A DNA stretch of 32,000 nt from Psychrobacter sp. HD31 (GTDB taxonomy: Bacteria; Pseudomonadota; Gammaproteobacteria; Pseudomonadales; Moraxellaceae), in assembly GCF_051097895.1 (NCBI RefSeq), contig NZ_CP142525.1, positions 30,001-62,000 on the forward strand, written 5' to 3'. How positions within the stretch are numbered: position 1 is the stretch's first letter; the number at the start of each line of letters is the position of its first letter. Positions 6,843 to 15,735 of the stretch are shown here, piece by piece. A program made the translations under genes and the position numbers. The notes under the pieces were generated by a model. That model was not told the DNA's origin and made no database searches. It saw only the letters and a program-made list of their open reading frames with translations.

Positions 6843-8039
6843 ATGAAGGAATCAACCGAAACCAACCAATCACAACCCATACTTATAGACACCATCGCCA
6901 CCGCTAGCGGTCATGCCATCGGCACACTGACACTCAACGACCCAAAGGCTCTGAATGCCCTGAGTGTCGACATGTGTCAGATGATAAGCAAGCAACTCAG
7001 CAACTGGCAAAATGACGATAACATTGTTGCCATTCTGCTTAAAGGCAGTGGTGACAAAGCATTCTGCGCAGGAGGCAATATCCGCAAACTGTATGAAAGC
7101 ATGCTGGATAATCCACCCATGCCCAACCCTTACGCCGAAGAGTTCTTCTCCAGCGAATACAGCCTATTCCGCCAAATGCACTTCTATAACAAACCCATTG
7201 TCCTATGGGCGAACGGCATCGTCATGGGCGGTGGCATGGGATTAATGGCAATGTGTAGCCACAGAGTGGTTACCGAAACCACCCGTTTTGCCATGCCAGA
7301 AATCACCATCGGACTCTACCCAGATGCCACAGGCAGTTGGTTGCTACAACGCTTCCCTGCCAAGCTTGGGCTATTCCTGGGATTAACAGGTGCTAACTGC
7401 AATGGAGCAGATGCCTTAATTGGCAACATGGCTGAGTTTGCTGTTACCAGTGAGCAATATGATGACATGGTACACGCCTTGAGTAGTGCCGATTGGGCAA
7501 ACAGTGCTGACTTACATGACACCGCCAGCCAAGCCCTCGCCACCGTCCACCATACTGAGCAACTTGCCGAAAGCAACCTTATCAACCACTGGCAAGCCCT
7601 ACAAGCCATTGTCAACGCAGGTGACATTCATGCCATTGACCAAGTCTTACAAAATGCCGAATTAGCCGAAAAATACAAAGATGACAAATGGATGAGCCGA
7701 GCCATCAGCACCTATCAGCATGGTTGCCCTGTGACTGCTGGATTGACTTTTGAGGCATTTAAACGAGCCAAAAAACTGTCACTTGAGCAAATCCTATATA
7801 TGGAAATGAACCTATCACTGCATTGTGCCAACAACCCAGACTTTAGAGAAGGTGTGCGAGCCTTGCTTATCGACAAAGACCGCACCCCAAAATGGAGTAA
7901 AACTCTTGCCGAATGTGGTGGTAAAGAAGGGCGTTCCTATATCGACTCGCACTTTAACTCACCCTATGATGAAGGGAAGCATCCCTTTGAAAACTGGTTA
8001 GATAATGGTAGCAAATCAGCAGACTTGGTGAACATTTAA
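6843..8039 (+). CDS. 3-hydroxyisobutyryl-CoA hydrolase (ECH_2 crotonase subfamily)
   Basis: 398 aa with FCAGGNI and NGIVMGGGMGL, plus the long C-terminal extension typical of HIBYL-CoA hydrolases. The AAGGAAA RBS is present. Confidence 0.88.
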   Translation: MKESTETNQSQPILIDTIATASGHAIGTLTLNDPKALNALSVDMCQMISKQLSNWQNDDNIVAILLKGSGDKAFCAGGNIRKLYESMLDNPPMPNPYAEEFFSSEYSLFRQMHFYNKPIVLWANGIVMGGGMGLMAMCSHRVVTETTRFAMPEITIGLYPDATGSWLLQRFPAKLGLFLGLTGANCNGADALIGNMAEFAVTSEQYDDMVHALSSADWANSADLHDTASQALATVHHTEQLAESNLINHWQALQAIVNAGDIHAIDQVLQNAELAEKYKDDKWMSRAISTYQHGCPVTAGLTFEAFKRAKKLSLEQILYMEMNLSLHCANNPDFREGVRALLIDKDRTPKWSKTLAECGGKEGRSYIDSHFNSPYDEGKHPFENWLDNGSKSADLVNI

Positions 8040-8050
8040 ACCGTTTTTTA

Positions 8051-8219
8051 AACAGTTATTGAGTTTTTGGAGCGGAAACCTGCCATCCGCTATTATCTTG
8101 CTTGCTGATAGCGTGTGTTCTATGTGCCTGAGTGCGTTCCAGACTTTGAGCGACCATCCTCAACCACAGACCACATCACCATCAGCTTCACAAGGATAAC
8201 CGCTACTGTCAGGGCTAAA
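8051..8219 (+). repeat. Structured intergenic repeat, copy B (shorter; degenerate right end)
   Basis: It is homologous to 4337-4559 and shares the same start (TTGGAGCGGAAACCTGC) and end (TCAGGGCTAA). The central hairpin at 8105-8185 has an apical 26 nt that is 22/26 identical to copy A. It lacks ~55 bp that are present in copy A. Confidence 0.75.
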
Positions 8220-8353
8220 CCGCTCTCATTGCATAATTTGAGTTTCATAACTCGACACCAACACACTAACTAAAGTTCACAAACAACACAAATAGTAGGC
8301 AAACCCTACATATTCCTCAATAAGGAAATTCACTCAACACAAGGAATGTAACT

Positions 8354-9277
8354 ATGAGTAACGTAAAAACTTCTATCCAAACAATCGGCTTTATCGGACT
8401 TGGCAACATGGGTAAACCGATGGCAGATAACCTACTTAAAAATGGCTTTTCACTAAAAGTCTTTGACCTTAACGAAGCTGTTCTTGCTCAAATGGCAGAG
8501 CAAGGTGCAACAGTCTGCGACTCTCCAATTAGTGCCACCACAGATGTCGATATGGTCATCAGCATGCTCCCAGCAGGTCAACACGTCAAGAGCGTTTATC
8601 TTGGTAGTGATGACAGTACAGGCGTATTTGACAGTTTAGACCCAAGCACCCTCGTTGCTGACTGTAGCACCATTGCAGCAGCCGATGCCAGAGCTGTTGC
8701 CGAAGTCGCTAAACAAAAAGGCATTCAGTTTGTCGATGCACCTGTATCAGGTGGTACAGGCGGTGCAACAGCAGGCACGCTTACCTTTATCGTTGGTGGT
8801 GAAGCAAAAGCTTTTGACCAAGTAAAACCAGTGCTAGAAGCCATGGGTAAAAATATATTCCACGCTGGCGACCACGGAGCAGGGCAGGTTGCTAAAATCT
8901 GTAACAACATGCTGTTGGGCATTTTAATGTCTGGCACAGCAGAAGCCATCAATCTAGGCGTGAAAAATGGCTTAGACCCAAAAGTTCTCTCTGATATCAT
9001 GCTTCAAAGCTCAGGGCGTAACTGGACATTAGAAGTTTACAATCCTTATCCAAACGTCATTGATACCGTACCATCGAGCAAGGGTTACACAGGTGGATTT
9101 ATGAGTAAGCTGATGCTAAAAGACATGAACCTAGCCAAAACCACAGCTGATGATACGGGCGTGCAAACCCCAATGGCTGACCAAGCTCGTGATATGTACA
9201 CCGCTCATGTTGAAGACCATGCGGATGCTGATTTTTCTAGTATCATGGCGGTATTTGATGACAGTGTTTTAAAGTAA
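8354..9277 (+). CDS. mmsB: 3-hydroxyisobutyrate dehydrogenase
   Basis: 307 aa with the N-terminal IGFIGLGNMGKPMA Rossmann motif and GAGQVAKICNN. It sits in the operon with mmsA. Confidence 0.92.
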   Translation: MSNVKTSIQTIGFIGLGNMGKPMADNLLKNGFSLKVFDLNEAVLAQMAEQGATVCDSPISATTDVDMVISMLPAGQHVKSVYLGSDDSTGVFDSLDPSTLVADCSTIAAADARAVAEVAKQKGIQFVDAPVSGGTGGATAGTLTFIVGGEAKAFDQVKPVLEAMGKNIFHAGDHGAGQVAKICNNMLLGILMSGTAEAINLGVKNGLDPKVLSDIMLQSSGRNWTLEVYNPYPNVIDTVPSSKGYTGGFMSKLMLKDMNLAKTTADDTGVQTPMADQARDMYTAHVEDHADADFSSIMAVFDDSVLK

Positions 9278-9302
9278 TTTGTTAAACTATAAAAAATACA
9301 TA

Positions 9303-9340
9303 GCCCCACAAATTAAATAATTTGTGGGGTTTGTTATTTA
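9303..9340 (+). terminator. Rho-independent terminator after mmsB
   Basis: GCCCCACAAATT (9303-9314), an AAAT loop and AATTTGTGGGGT (9319-9330) form a perfect 12-bp stem followed by T-rich sequence. Confidence 0.8.
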
Positions 9341-9532
9341 TCAAAGGTTGTTTGCTATATTGCAAATAATTGACCAATCCAAAATGTTATGAATAAAGCT
9401 AACACGCCCTATAATAATATATAAAAAACAGCGGGTGCAATTTTTGCTCCACCAAGCTTAGCAGAGATAAAACCAAGTAACATAATCCCCGAAAAAAGCC
9501 CCAACAAAGTTGATATTGTTAGATTTTATAAA

Positions 9533-9541
9533 TGTTATAAT
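9533..9541 (+). promoter_or_regulatory. Extended -10 promoter element upstream of ylqF
   Basis: TGTTATAAT (TGnTATAAT) lies ~48 nt upstream of the ATG at 9589. There is no good -35. Confidence 0.4.
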
Positions 9542-9588
9542 GATGATAACTAAAACATTAAATTGTGTCATACCCTAGAGTTTAAAAT

Positions 9589-10545
9589 ATGAATAATCAA
9601 CAAAGTATTCAATGGTTTCCCGGTCATATGAACAAGGCACGCAATGAAATCAAAGACGTGCTACCATCCATTGATATTGTCATTGAAGTGATTGATGCCC
9701 GCATCCCTTATAGTAGTGAAAATCCGATGGTAACTGAGCTACGAGGGCAAAAGCCGGTTATCAAAATATTAAATAAATCCGACCTTGCCGACCCAGAAAT
9801 TACACAAGCATGGATTGCACATCTAGAACAAACTCAAGACACCAAAGCATTGGCTTGCGATGATAATAAGGCAAGCGTAGTTAAGCAGATTGTACAACTG
9901 TGTAAGCAGTTTAAAGCAAATAAAGTGGGTACAGGGCAAAAAATTAGAGTGCTGATTATGGGCATTCCTAACGTAGGTAAATCTTCACTGATTAATAGCC
10001 TTGCAGGTCGAGCCATTGCCAAAACTGGCGATGAGCCAGCCGTGACCAAAACTCAGCAACTAATAAAAATTGATGAAGACATCATGTTGTATGACACCCC
10101 TGGGATGCTATGGCCAAAAATTGAAAACCCAAATTCTGGCGTACGCTTAGCCGCCACGGGTGGTATTAAAGATACCGCCTTTGATTTTATTGATGTGGCA
10201 AGCCATACTGCCGAATATTTGATTCAAGCTTATCCAGAGCTATTAAAATCCCGCTATCAAATAGAACAACTACCAGCAACAGATTGGGAGTTTATCGAGC
10301 TTGCTGCCCGTAAGCGAGGCTTTTTGAAAAAAGGCGGATATGTCGATAGTGAGCGTATGTATGAGATACTGATTAACGAGCTACGCAGTGGTAAGATAGG
10401 GCGGATTAGCCTTGAAACACCTGCCATGCAGGCAAGTGAGCAAGTACTGGTGGAGAAATTAAGAGCCAAAGCTGAAGCAAAAAAACAAGCCAAGCTAGAA
10501 CAAAAAAGATTGCGTAAATTAAGAGCCAGAAAAAACCGAGGATAA
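9589..10545 (+). CDS. ylqF: Ribosome biogenesis GTPase YlqF/RbgA (circularly permuted GTPase)
   Basis: The G motifs are in permuted order: NKSD (G4), then GIPNVGKSS (G1), then DTPG (G3). The N-terminus reads IQWFPGHMNKA. The C-terminal tail is Lys/Arg-rich. Confidence 0.9.
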   Translation: MNNQQSIQWFPGHMNKARNEIKDVLPSIDIVIEVIDARIPYSSENPMVTELRGQKPVIKILNKSDLADPEITQAWIAHLEQTQDTKALACDDNKASVVKQIVQLCKQFKANKVGTGQKIRVLIMGIPNVGKSSLINSLAGRAIAKTGDEPAVTKTQQLIKIDEDIMLYDTPGMLWPKIENPNSGVRLAATGGIKDTAFDFIDVASHTAEYLIQAYPELLKSRYQIEQLPATDWEFIELAARKRGFLKKGGYVDSERMYEILINELRSGKIGRISLETPAMQASEQVLVEKLRAKAEAKKQAKLEQKRLRKLRARKNRG

Positions 10546-10687
10546 GTCATCCTGCCCTGATAAAGGGCAGCATTGTCAAATGGCAAGTTGTACTGGTCGA
10601 TTTTAAGAATCGAATGCTTATTTAAAACGGCTGTTTTTCCTATTCTTATAAGCTTGCCAATGATGGAATAGTGTGTATGACAGCAAT

Positions 10688-10900
10688 TTACGATAACTTC
10701 ACTTCAAGCTTTAAGCCATTAACTTCAATCACATCTCCAGAAACGATTTTTTTGCGTTTTTGGGTTTCGACTTCGCCATTTAGCAACACATAGCCTTCTG
10801 CAATGATGTTTTTTGCCATCGCACCACTGTCAGCAATGCCTTCAAATTTTAGGATCTTAAATAGCTCAACAGGTTCGTGGGTGATTTCTACAATTTGCAT
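10688..10900 (-). CDS. ybcJ: S4-domain RNA-binding protein, YbcJ-like
   Basis: 70 aa, with ...LFKILKFEGIADSGAMAKNIIAEGYVLLNGEVETQKRKKIVSGDVIE..., matching my memory of the YbcJ family. Confidence 0.8.
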   Translation of the reverse strand: MQIVEITHEPVELFKILKFEGIADSGAMAKNIIAEGYVLLNGEVETQKRKKIVSGDVIEVNGLKLEVKLS

Positions 10901-11143
10901 GATTTGTCCGATGGTTTGGTGGTAAAAATTGCAGGGGATTATAACATTTTAACATGGCAATGGTGTGGTTAGTTGTTATGCCTTTACCAAGCAATCATGT
11001 CAATAAAAAAACGGCTCTTTATTAGTCCTAGTCCACTTAATGAAGTGTTTGTCAGTAGATTGTAAAAAGGCACAATTGTATTTAGATTGTGATATGCTAT
11101 TTTTTTAACCTTGATATTTTAACTTTTAAATAATAATAAACTT

Positions 11144-11950
11144 ATGACAAACATTAATTATCAACCTCCTCACAGCAATCAAGGCAGTCACTCTGCTAGT
11201 GATGTCCAGTCACCTGTCCCTTTATTTGGTAAAAAGGGTACTGTTGTATTAGCGATAGCTTCGGTATTGGGCTTTCTTGGTGTACAGGTAATTAGTCTTT
11301 TACTTGCCTTATTGATAACCTTCGTTATCATGCCAAACAAAATTAAGGATATCGATAACATTATCCCTTTGTTATCTAGCGACGGGACGATATTAAGCAT
11401 ATCACTCATCTTTAATTTATTGGCAGTCATCTTGATTGTGTTTTTTGTTATCAAGTCTCGCAAAAAACAGTTTACAGATTATTTGCAGTTTAGGCGTTTT
11501 TCATTAAAAAACATGCTATTTGGTTTTGGGCTTTGGATTGCTTATTTGATTGCCAGTGCCGTGGTGCTTTCTTTGATAGATAGTCAACCGATGGGTTTTT
11601 TAGATGCCTACTTCCTTAGTGCAGAGCCTTTGTGGTTGTTATTCCTTGGTGTTGTTTTGTTAGCACCCATTTATGAGGAGTTGCTATTTAGAGGTTTGAT
11701 TTGGCGAGCAGTTTTTGAGCAATTTTTAGATGAACGAAAAGGGGCAATTGTCGCCAGTGTATTGTCAGGGGTATTATTTGCGATTATCCATTTTCAATAT
11801 GGTTTTCATGAAATTGGTGCAATTTTTGTGTTTGCACTGGTTTTAGGATTTATTCGCTATCGTTCTGGGTCTATTTTGTTACCGATAATGATACATATTG
11901 CGAATAATGGGTTGTCGATGCTTCAGTATGCGTTGATTATGAACCCGTAA
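11144..11950 (+). CDS. CPBP family intramembrane glutamic endopeptidase (CAAX protease/Abi-like)
   Basis: A polytopic hydrophobic protein with EELLFRG, FAIIHF and IHIANN motifs. Confidence 0.85.
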   Translation: MTNINYQPPHSNQGSHSASDVQSPVPLFGKKGTVVLAIASVLGFLGVQVISLLLALLITFVIMPNKIKDIDNIIPLLSSDGTILSISLIFNLLAVILIVFFVIKSRKKQFTDYLQFRRFSLKNMLFGFGLWIAYLIASAVVLSLIDSQPMGFLDAYFLSAEPLWLLFLGVVLLAPIYEELLFRGLIWRAVFEQFLDERKGAIVASVLSGVLFAIIHFQYGFHEIGAIFVFALVLGFIRYRSGSILLPIMIHIANNGLSMLQYALIMNP

Positions 11951-12322
11951 GAGGATAGGGAACTGCTGGTTTTTTTGAAACAATAAAATGCAAAATGATT
12001 TGAATCATAGAGACAGTTTAGAAGTGGAAAATATCATTGATTTTTATCTAATTTAAACAACTTGTCTTCAATTAATAAAAATAGTTTTTACGCTTTATCT
12101 GACGAAGCGGAGAATACGTCAATTTTCCTATTTACTGACCAATTTATAACAAATTTATCTTCTAATGAACTAGTGACTAATAAAAACTATTTTATATTTT
12201 TTAATAAACCGTAAAGTTTATGGTGGCTAAAATTCCGATGAAATTATTTTAGCATGGTTTGTTTTGATTTGCTGGGGTTAATCCCAGCCTACGCTTGCTA
12301 TAAGCTCAGCGTATCTTACTTA

Positions 12323-13318
12323 TCAATTTTTTTGAAGTTCGTTGATTGTAAAAAGCTTTTGGCTACTATAGAAATCACAGTTTTTTTCTTTAAAATTAAC
12401 GTAAATTATTGGGTTTTCTAGTGTTGACTTAATGGAAAAGTCAATTGTATGAATTACCTCACAATCTGGGTCTTTACTCATAATATCTTGAGCTTTATAT
12501 AAAAACGGAATAAATTTACGATATTTATCTTTTACTCCTTTTTCATAGATTGCACACTCATCTATTAAGCTCAGAGGTATTATGTTTTCTTTTTCATTAT
12601 TTAAAAAAGGGTTCTCCATAGGTTTAGCAAATAGATTATAACTATTAGTGTCTTGAACTATCTGATTAAATTTTATATCTCGATTAGCTAGCAATTTTAG
12701 AATATTATTTCTGTCACTCAATGATGATTTGAGTCCAAAATAAATTGCCTTAATAGCTCCATGTCTATGAAAGTTTTGACCTACTTGATGACTTATGACT
12801 CTAACTTCTTGTTCATTTTGCCAGTCAATATGCTTAGTTCCTATGATTTTTTGAAATAATTTATTTTCAGATGTCTCATCTTTAAAATTTAAGTTTAAAT
12901 TAGAAAAACTAATATCTTGTGGTTGTATTAAATACTGAACTTCGAAATAGTTGTAATATGTTTTGTGCTTAGCAATTAATTCATCAATATCATATTCTAT
13001 ACAAAAGCCTTGGTGGCTATTGGCATATAATGACCAAAGAGGTTGAATAAATGGTGACTTACTAGCAGAAAATATTCCCTGCTTAGCAACCATTGCTATG
13101 ACATCATCTAAATTCTCTTCAAGCGTATTAAATTGGGCAGAACCTTGGATTAATTTTGAGATAAAGTTTAATCCTTGCAAGTCATTAGAAAGCTTCTTAC
13201 GTGTAAAAAAGCCTTCACAAGGATCATTTAATGAAGCTTTATCTGCTAACCAAATATAATTTTCTTTAAGGCTCTTTAAGTTGTTATCATTAAACGTTCG
13301 ATATTTAAAAATTCTCAT
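12323..13318 (-). CDS. DUF2971 family protein
   Basis: Family-typical motifs are present: IFKYRTF..L..L..NYIWLADKASLNDPCEG, LWSLYANSHQGFCIEYD, HIDWQNEQEVRVIS and IKAIYFG. I prefer the ATG at 13318 (GAGGG RBS ~9 nt upstream) over the ORF-track start at 13393. Sampled 60-nt lines are 25-32% G+C versus ~48% in uvrB. Confidence 0.75.
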   Translation of the reverse strand: MRIFKYRTFNDNNLKSLKENYIWLADKASLNDPCEGFFTRKKLSNDLQGLNFISKLIQGSAQFNTLEENLDDVIAMVAKQGIFSASKSPFIQPLWSLYANSHQGFCIEYDIDELIAKHKTYYNYFEVQYLIQPQDISFSNLNLNFKDETSENKLFQKIIGTKHIDWQNEQEVRVISHQVGQNFHRHGAIKAIYFGLKSSLSDRNNILKLLANRDIKFNQIVQDTNSYNLFAKPMENPFLNNEKENIIPLSLIDECAIYEKGVKDKYRKFIPFLYKAQDIMSKDPDCEVIHTIDFSIKSTLENPIIYVNFKEKNCDFYSSQKLFTINELQKN

Positions 13319-13399
13319 AAGAATTACCCTCGCTAATATACAGTGATGAAACTTAATTTGTTGGTTATGATTATTTAAATACCAACTTATCAAGATTAA

Positions 13400-15535
13400 C
13401 TACCCAATAATATACCCCTTCAACTCCAACACCTTATCTCTTACACTCGCTGCCTCTTCAAACTTTAATTCTTTTGACAAAGCCTTCATCTCTTTTTCTA
13501 GGTGGTTAATTTCTTTGGCAAGCAAGTCAGGGCTACGCAAGATTTCAATATCCACATCTGGCATAGTATTGGCATCATGCGTTGGAATGGCACGATTTTT
13601 GGCTGAGTCATCCAATATCTCACCAGTTTCGATTTTATCAGTGATTTGACGCTTGGCAGATTTAGGCGTGATGCCATGTTTTTCGTTATGAGCAATCTGC
13701 TTGGCACGCCTGCGGTCGGTTTCGTCAATGGCTTTTTGCATGCTATTGGTAATACGGTCAGCGTAGAGAATCGCCTTGCCATTGACGTGGCGAGCGGCAC
13801 GCCCAATCGTCTGAATCAATGAGCGTTCTGAGCGGAGAAAGCCTTCTTTATCCGCATCAAATATCGCCACCAGTGATACCTCTGGCATGTCCAAACCTTC
13901 ACGTAATAGGTTGATACCCACCAATACATCATGCACACCGGTGCGAAGCTCATGGATAATCTGCATACGCTCCACAGTGTCGATGTCCGAGTGCAGATAA
14001 GCCACCTTAATGTTGTATTCTTTAAGGTAGCTGGTGAGGTCTTCCGCCATACGCTTAGTTAAGGTGGTAATCAACACACGCTCATCAAGCTCCTTACGAA
14101 TGTTAATCTCCGATAGCACGTCATCCACCTGCGTCAATACAGGGCGAATCTCAAGTATTGGGTCAAGCAAGCCAGTCGGTCGTACCACTTGTTCAACCAC
14201 TTGTTCGGCATGGCTCAGCTCATAATCGGCAGGAGTGGCTGTGACAAAAATCATTTTGGGGGCAATACGTTCCCATTCTTCAAACTTCATTGGGCGGTTG
14301 TCCATCGCACTGGGCAAGCGGAAACCATACTGCACCAGCGTTTCTTTTCGGCTACGGTCACCTTTATACATCGCACCAATTTGCGGTACAGTCACATGAC
14401 TTTCATCAAGAAATAGCAAGGCATCTGCTGGAATATAATCAAACAAGGTTGGCGGTGCTTCGCCACTGGGTCGCCCAGATAGGTGACGTGAGTAGTTTTC
14501 GATGCCGTTGCAATAGCCCAATTGTTGTATCATCTCTAGGTCGTATTGGGTACGTTCTTTGATGCGTTGGGCTTCAATCAGCTTGTCATGCTCACGGAAA
14601 AATTCTAAGCGTTCAGTCATCTCCTCTCGGATGGTTTCACTGGCAGCTTCGAGTTTTTCACGAGGAGTAACATAGTGGGATTTAGGATAGATGATAATGC
14701 GTGGCACACTACGCACACTTTTACCTGTAAGAGGGTCAAACCATGCGATTTTTTCCACTTCATCATCAAACAGTTCAATACGCACGGCAAGTTGCTCAGA
14801 TTCAGCAGGGTAGATGTCAAGAACCTCACCACGGATACGGTAAGTACCACGCCCAAAGTCCAACTCATTGCGGATATATTGCATTGCCACAAGACGTTTG
14901 ATGATGGCTTGGCGGTCAACCACATCACCCACTACAATATGCAGTAGCATTTTTAGGTAACTTTCTGGGTCACCCAAACCATAAATACAGGATACCGATG
15001 CAACAATGATGGCATCACGGCGTTCGAGCAAGGCACGAGTGGCAGAGAGTCGCATTTGGTCAATGTGGTCGTTGATGGCACTGTCTTTTTCGATAAAAGT
15101 ATCACTGGCAGCCACATAAGCTTCGGGCTGATAGTAATCGTAATAGCTGACGAAGTACTCCACGGCATTGTTGGGGAAGAATGCCTTAAACTCGCCATAC
15201 AACTGAGCGGCAAGGGTTTTGTTATGTGCCATGATGATGGTGGGGCGTTGGGTTTCGGCAATGACCTTTGCCATGGTGTAAGTTTTTCCTGAGCCCGTCA
15301 CGCCTAGCAGTAGTTGAGCTTGCTTGTCATCCTTGATGCCTTCAACCAGTTTGGCAATGGCAGTGGGCTGGTCGCCTGAGGGTTCAAACTCTGTCACCAT
15401 TTCAAAGGCTTTGCTAGATATTTGCGTGCCTGAGGCATTCACCCCTGTGAGTTGGGCTTCTTCTTGTAGTTGTGAGGCAAGTTGGTTGAGCTTTATTTGT
15501 TCTCGTGAATCAGATTTAGGGGTTGGTTGTCGCAT
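13400..15535 (-). CDS. uvrB: Excinuclease ABC subunit B
   Basis: [14 protein letters not shown] (Walker A), LDESHVT and the C-terminal UVR motif [11 protein letters not shown] are collinear with E. coli UvrB. There is a ~40-aa N-terminal extension relative to E. coli. The start at 15535 is supported by AAGAG and an upstream TATAAT on the minus strand. Confidence 0.95.
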   Translation of the reverse strand: MRQPTPKSDSREQIKLNQLASQLQEEAQLTGVNASGTQISSKAFEMVTEFEPSGDQPTAIAKLVEGIKDDKQAQLLLGVTGSGKTYTMAKVIAETQRPTIIMAHNKTLAAQLYGEFKAFFPNNAVEYFVSYYDYYQPEAYVAASDTFIEKDSAINDHIDQMRLSATRALLERRDAIIVASVSCIYGLGDPESYLKMLLHIVVGDVVDRQAIIKRLVAMQYIRNELDFGRGTYRIRGEVLDIYPAESEQLAVRIELFDDEVEKIAWFDPLTGKSVRSVPRIIIYPKSHYVTPREKLEAASETIREEMTERLEFFREHDKLIEAQRIKERTQYDLEMIQQLGYCNGIENYSRHLSGRPSGEAPPTLFDYIPADALLFLDESHVTVPQIGAMYKGDRSRKETLVQYGFRLPSAMDNRPMKFEEWERIAPKMIFVTATPADYELSHAEQVVEQVVRPTGLLDPILEIRPVLTQVDDVLSEINIRKELDERVLITTLTKRMAEDLTSYLKEYNIKVAYLHSDIDTVERMQIIHELRTGVHDVLVGINLLREGLDMPEVSLVAIFDADKEGFLRSERSLIQTIGRAARHVNGKAILYADRITNSMQKAIDETDRRRAKQIAHNEKHGITPKSAKRQITDKIETGEILDDSAKNRAIPTHDANTMPDVDIEILRSPDLLAKEINHLEKEMKALSKELKFEEAASVRDKVLELKGYIIG

Positions 15536-15735
15536 TTTTGGCTCTTTTATTTAGTCATGTAATGATTATAGCGGTTAAAATTGGGCAGTCATTAAAAAAA
15601 CTTGTTGTGATTCCGTATGTTTTGTTATAAATGGGGATGAAATCGTGCTGTTTAAAGATAAGCCATAGTAGGACTGCTTTAAAAAGCGAATTGATTTTAA
15701 GTTTATATTACACGGATTATAGGTTAAGGAAAACC

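Noticed and set aside
9341-9513. Minus-strand hydrophobic reading frames (STLLGLFSGIMLLGFISAKLGGAKIAPAVFYILL* and then, shifted by one base, IIGRVSFIHNILDWSIICNIANNL*) suggest a small membrane-protein gene or a frameshifted remnant between mmsB and ylqF.
   Set aside because: The region is under 60 codons, has no convincing start or RBS, needs a frameshift to join, and lies in AT-rich spacer. This is insufficient to call.
11056-11090. TAGATTGT occurs twice, flanking the 8-bp palindrome ACAATTGT upstream of the CPBP gene, and could be an operator.
   Set aside because: The motifs are short and AT-rich in an AT-rich promoter region, and no associated regulator is nearby. I could not separate this from chance.
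12095-12130. GAAGCGGAGAATACGTCAATTTTCC resembles the left TIR (GAAGCGGAAA) and the right subterminal AATTTTCC of repeat copy A, and could be an excision footprint or third copy. Short GAAGCGG or GAAGCG matches also occur near 6437 and 23957.
   Set aside because: The matches are only 7-8 nt and none of the conserved central hairpin or apical sequence is present. Chance occurrence in 32 kb is plausible.
11951-12322. I considered whether the CPBP (Abi-like) protease and the DUF2971 gene form a two-gene system.
   Set aside because: The genes are convergent and separated by ~370 bp, so they are not co-transcribed. The CPBP gene has native-like composition while the DUF2971 gene is strongly AT-shifted.
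13498-15554. Many 60-100 aa ORFs in the track lie inside or antisense to uvrB. Similar ORFs occur inside other genes: 222-461, 975-1319, 3570-3795, 5472-5813, 7012-7627, 8725-9000, 9834-10586, 15724-16580, 16996-17262, 19204-19710, 21776-22156, 23067-23933, 26483-27178, 29191-29641, 30127-30462 and 30856-31985.
   Set aside because: They overlap well-supported conserved genes in other frames or strands, have no RBS or recognisable motifs, and their composition is typical of shadow ORFs.
15536-15600. I looked for an SOS (LexA) box upstream of uvrB.
   Set aside because: There is no CTGT-N8-ACAG-like palindrome. Only a TATAAT -10 and an AAGAG RBS are apparent on the minus strand.
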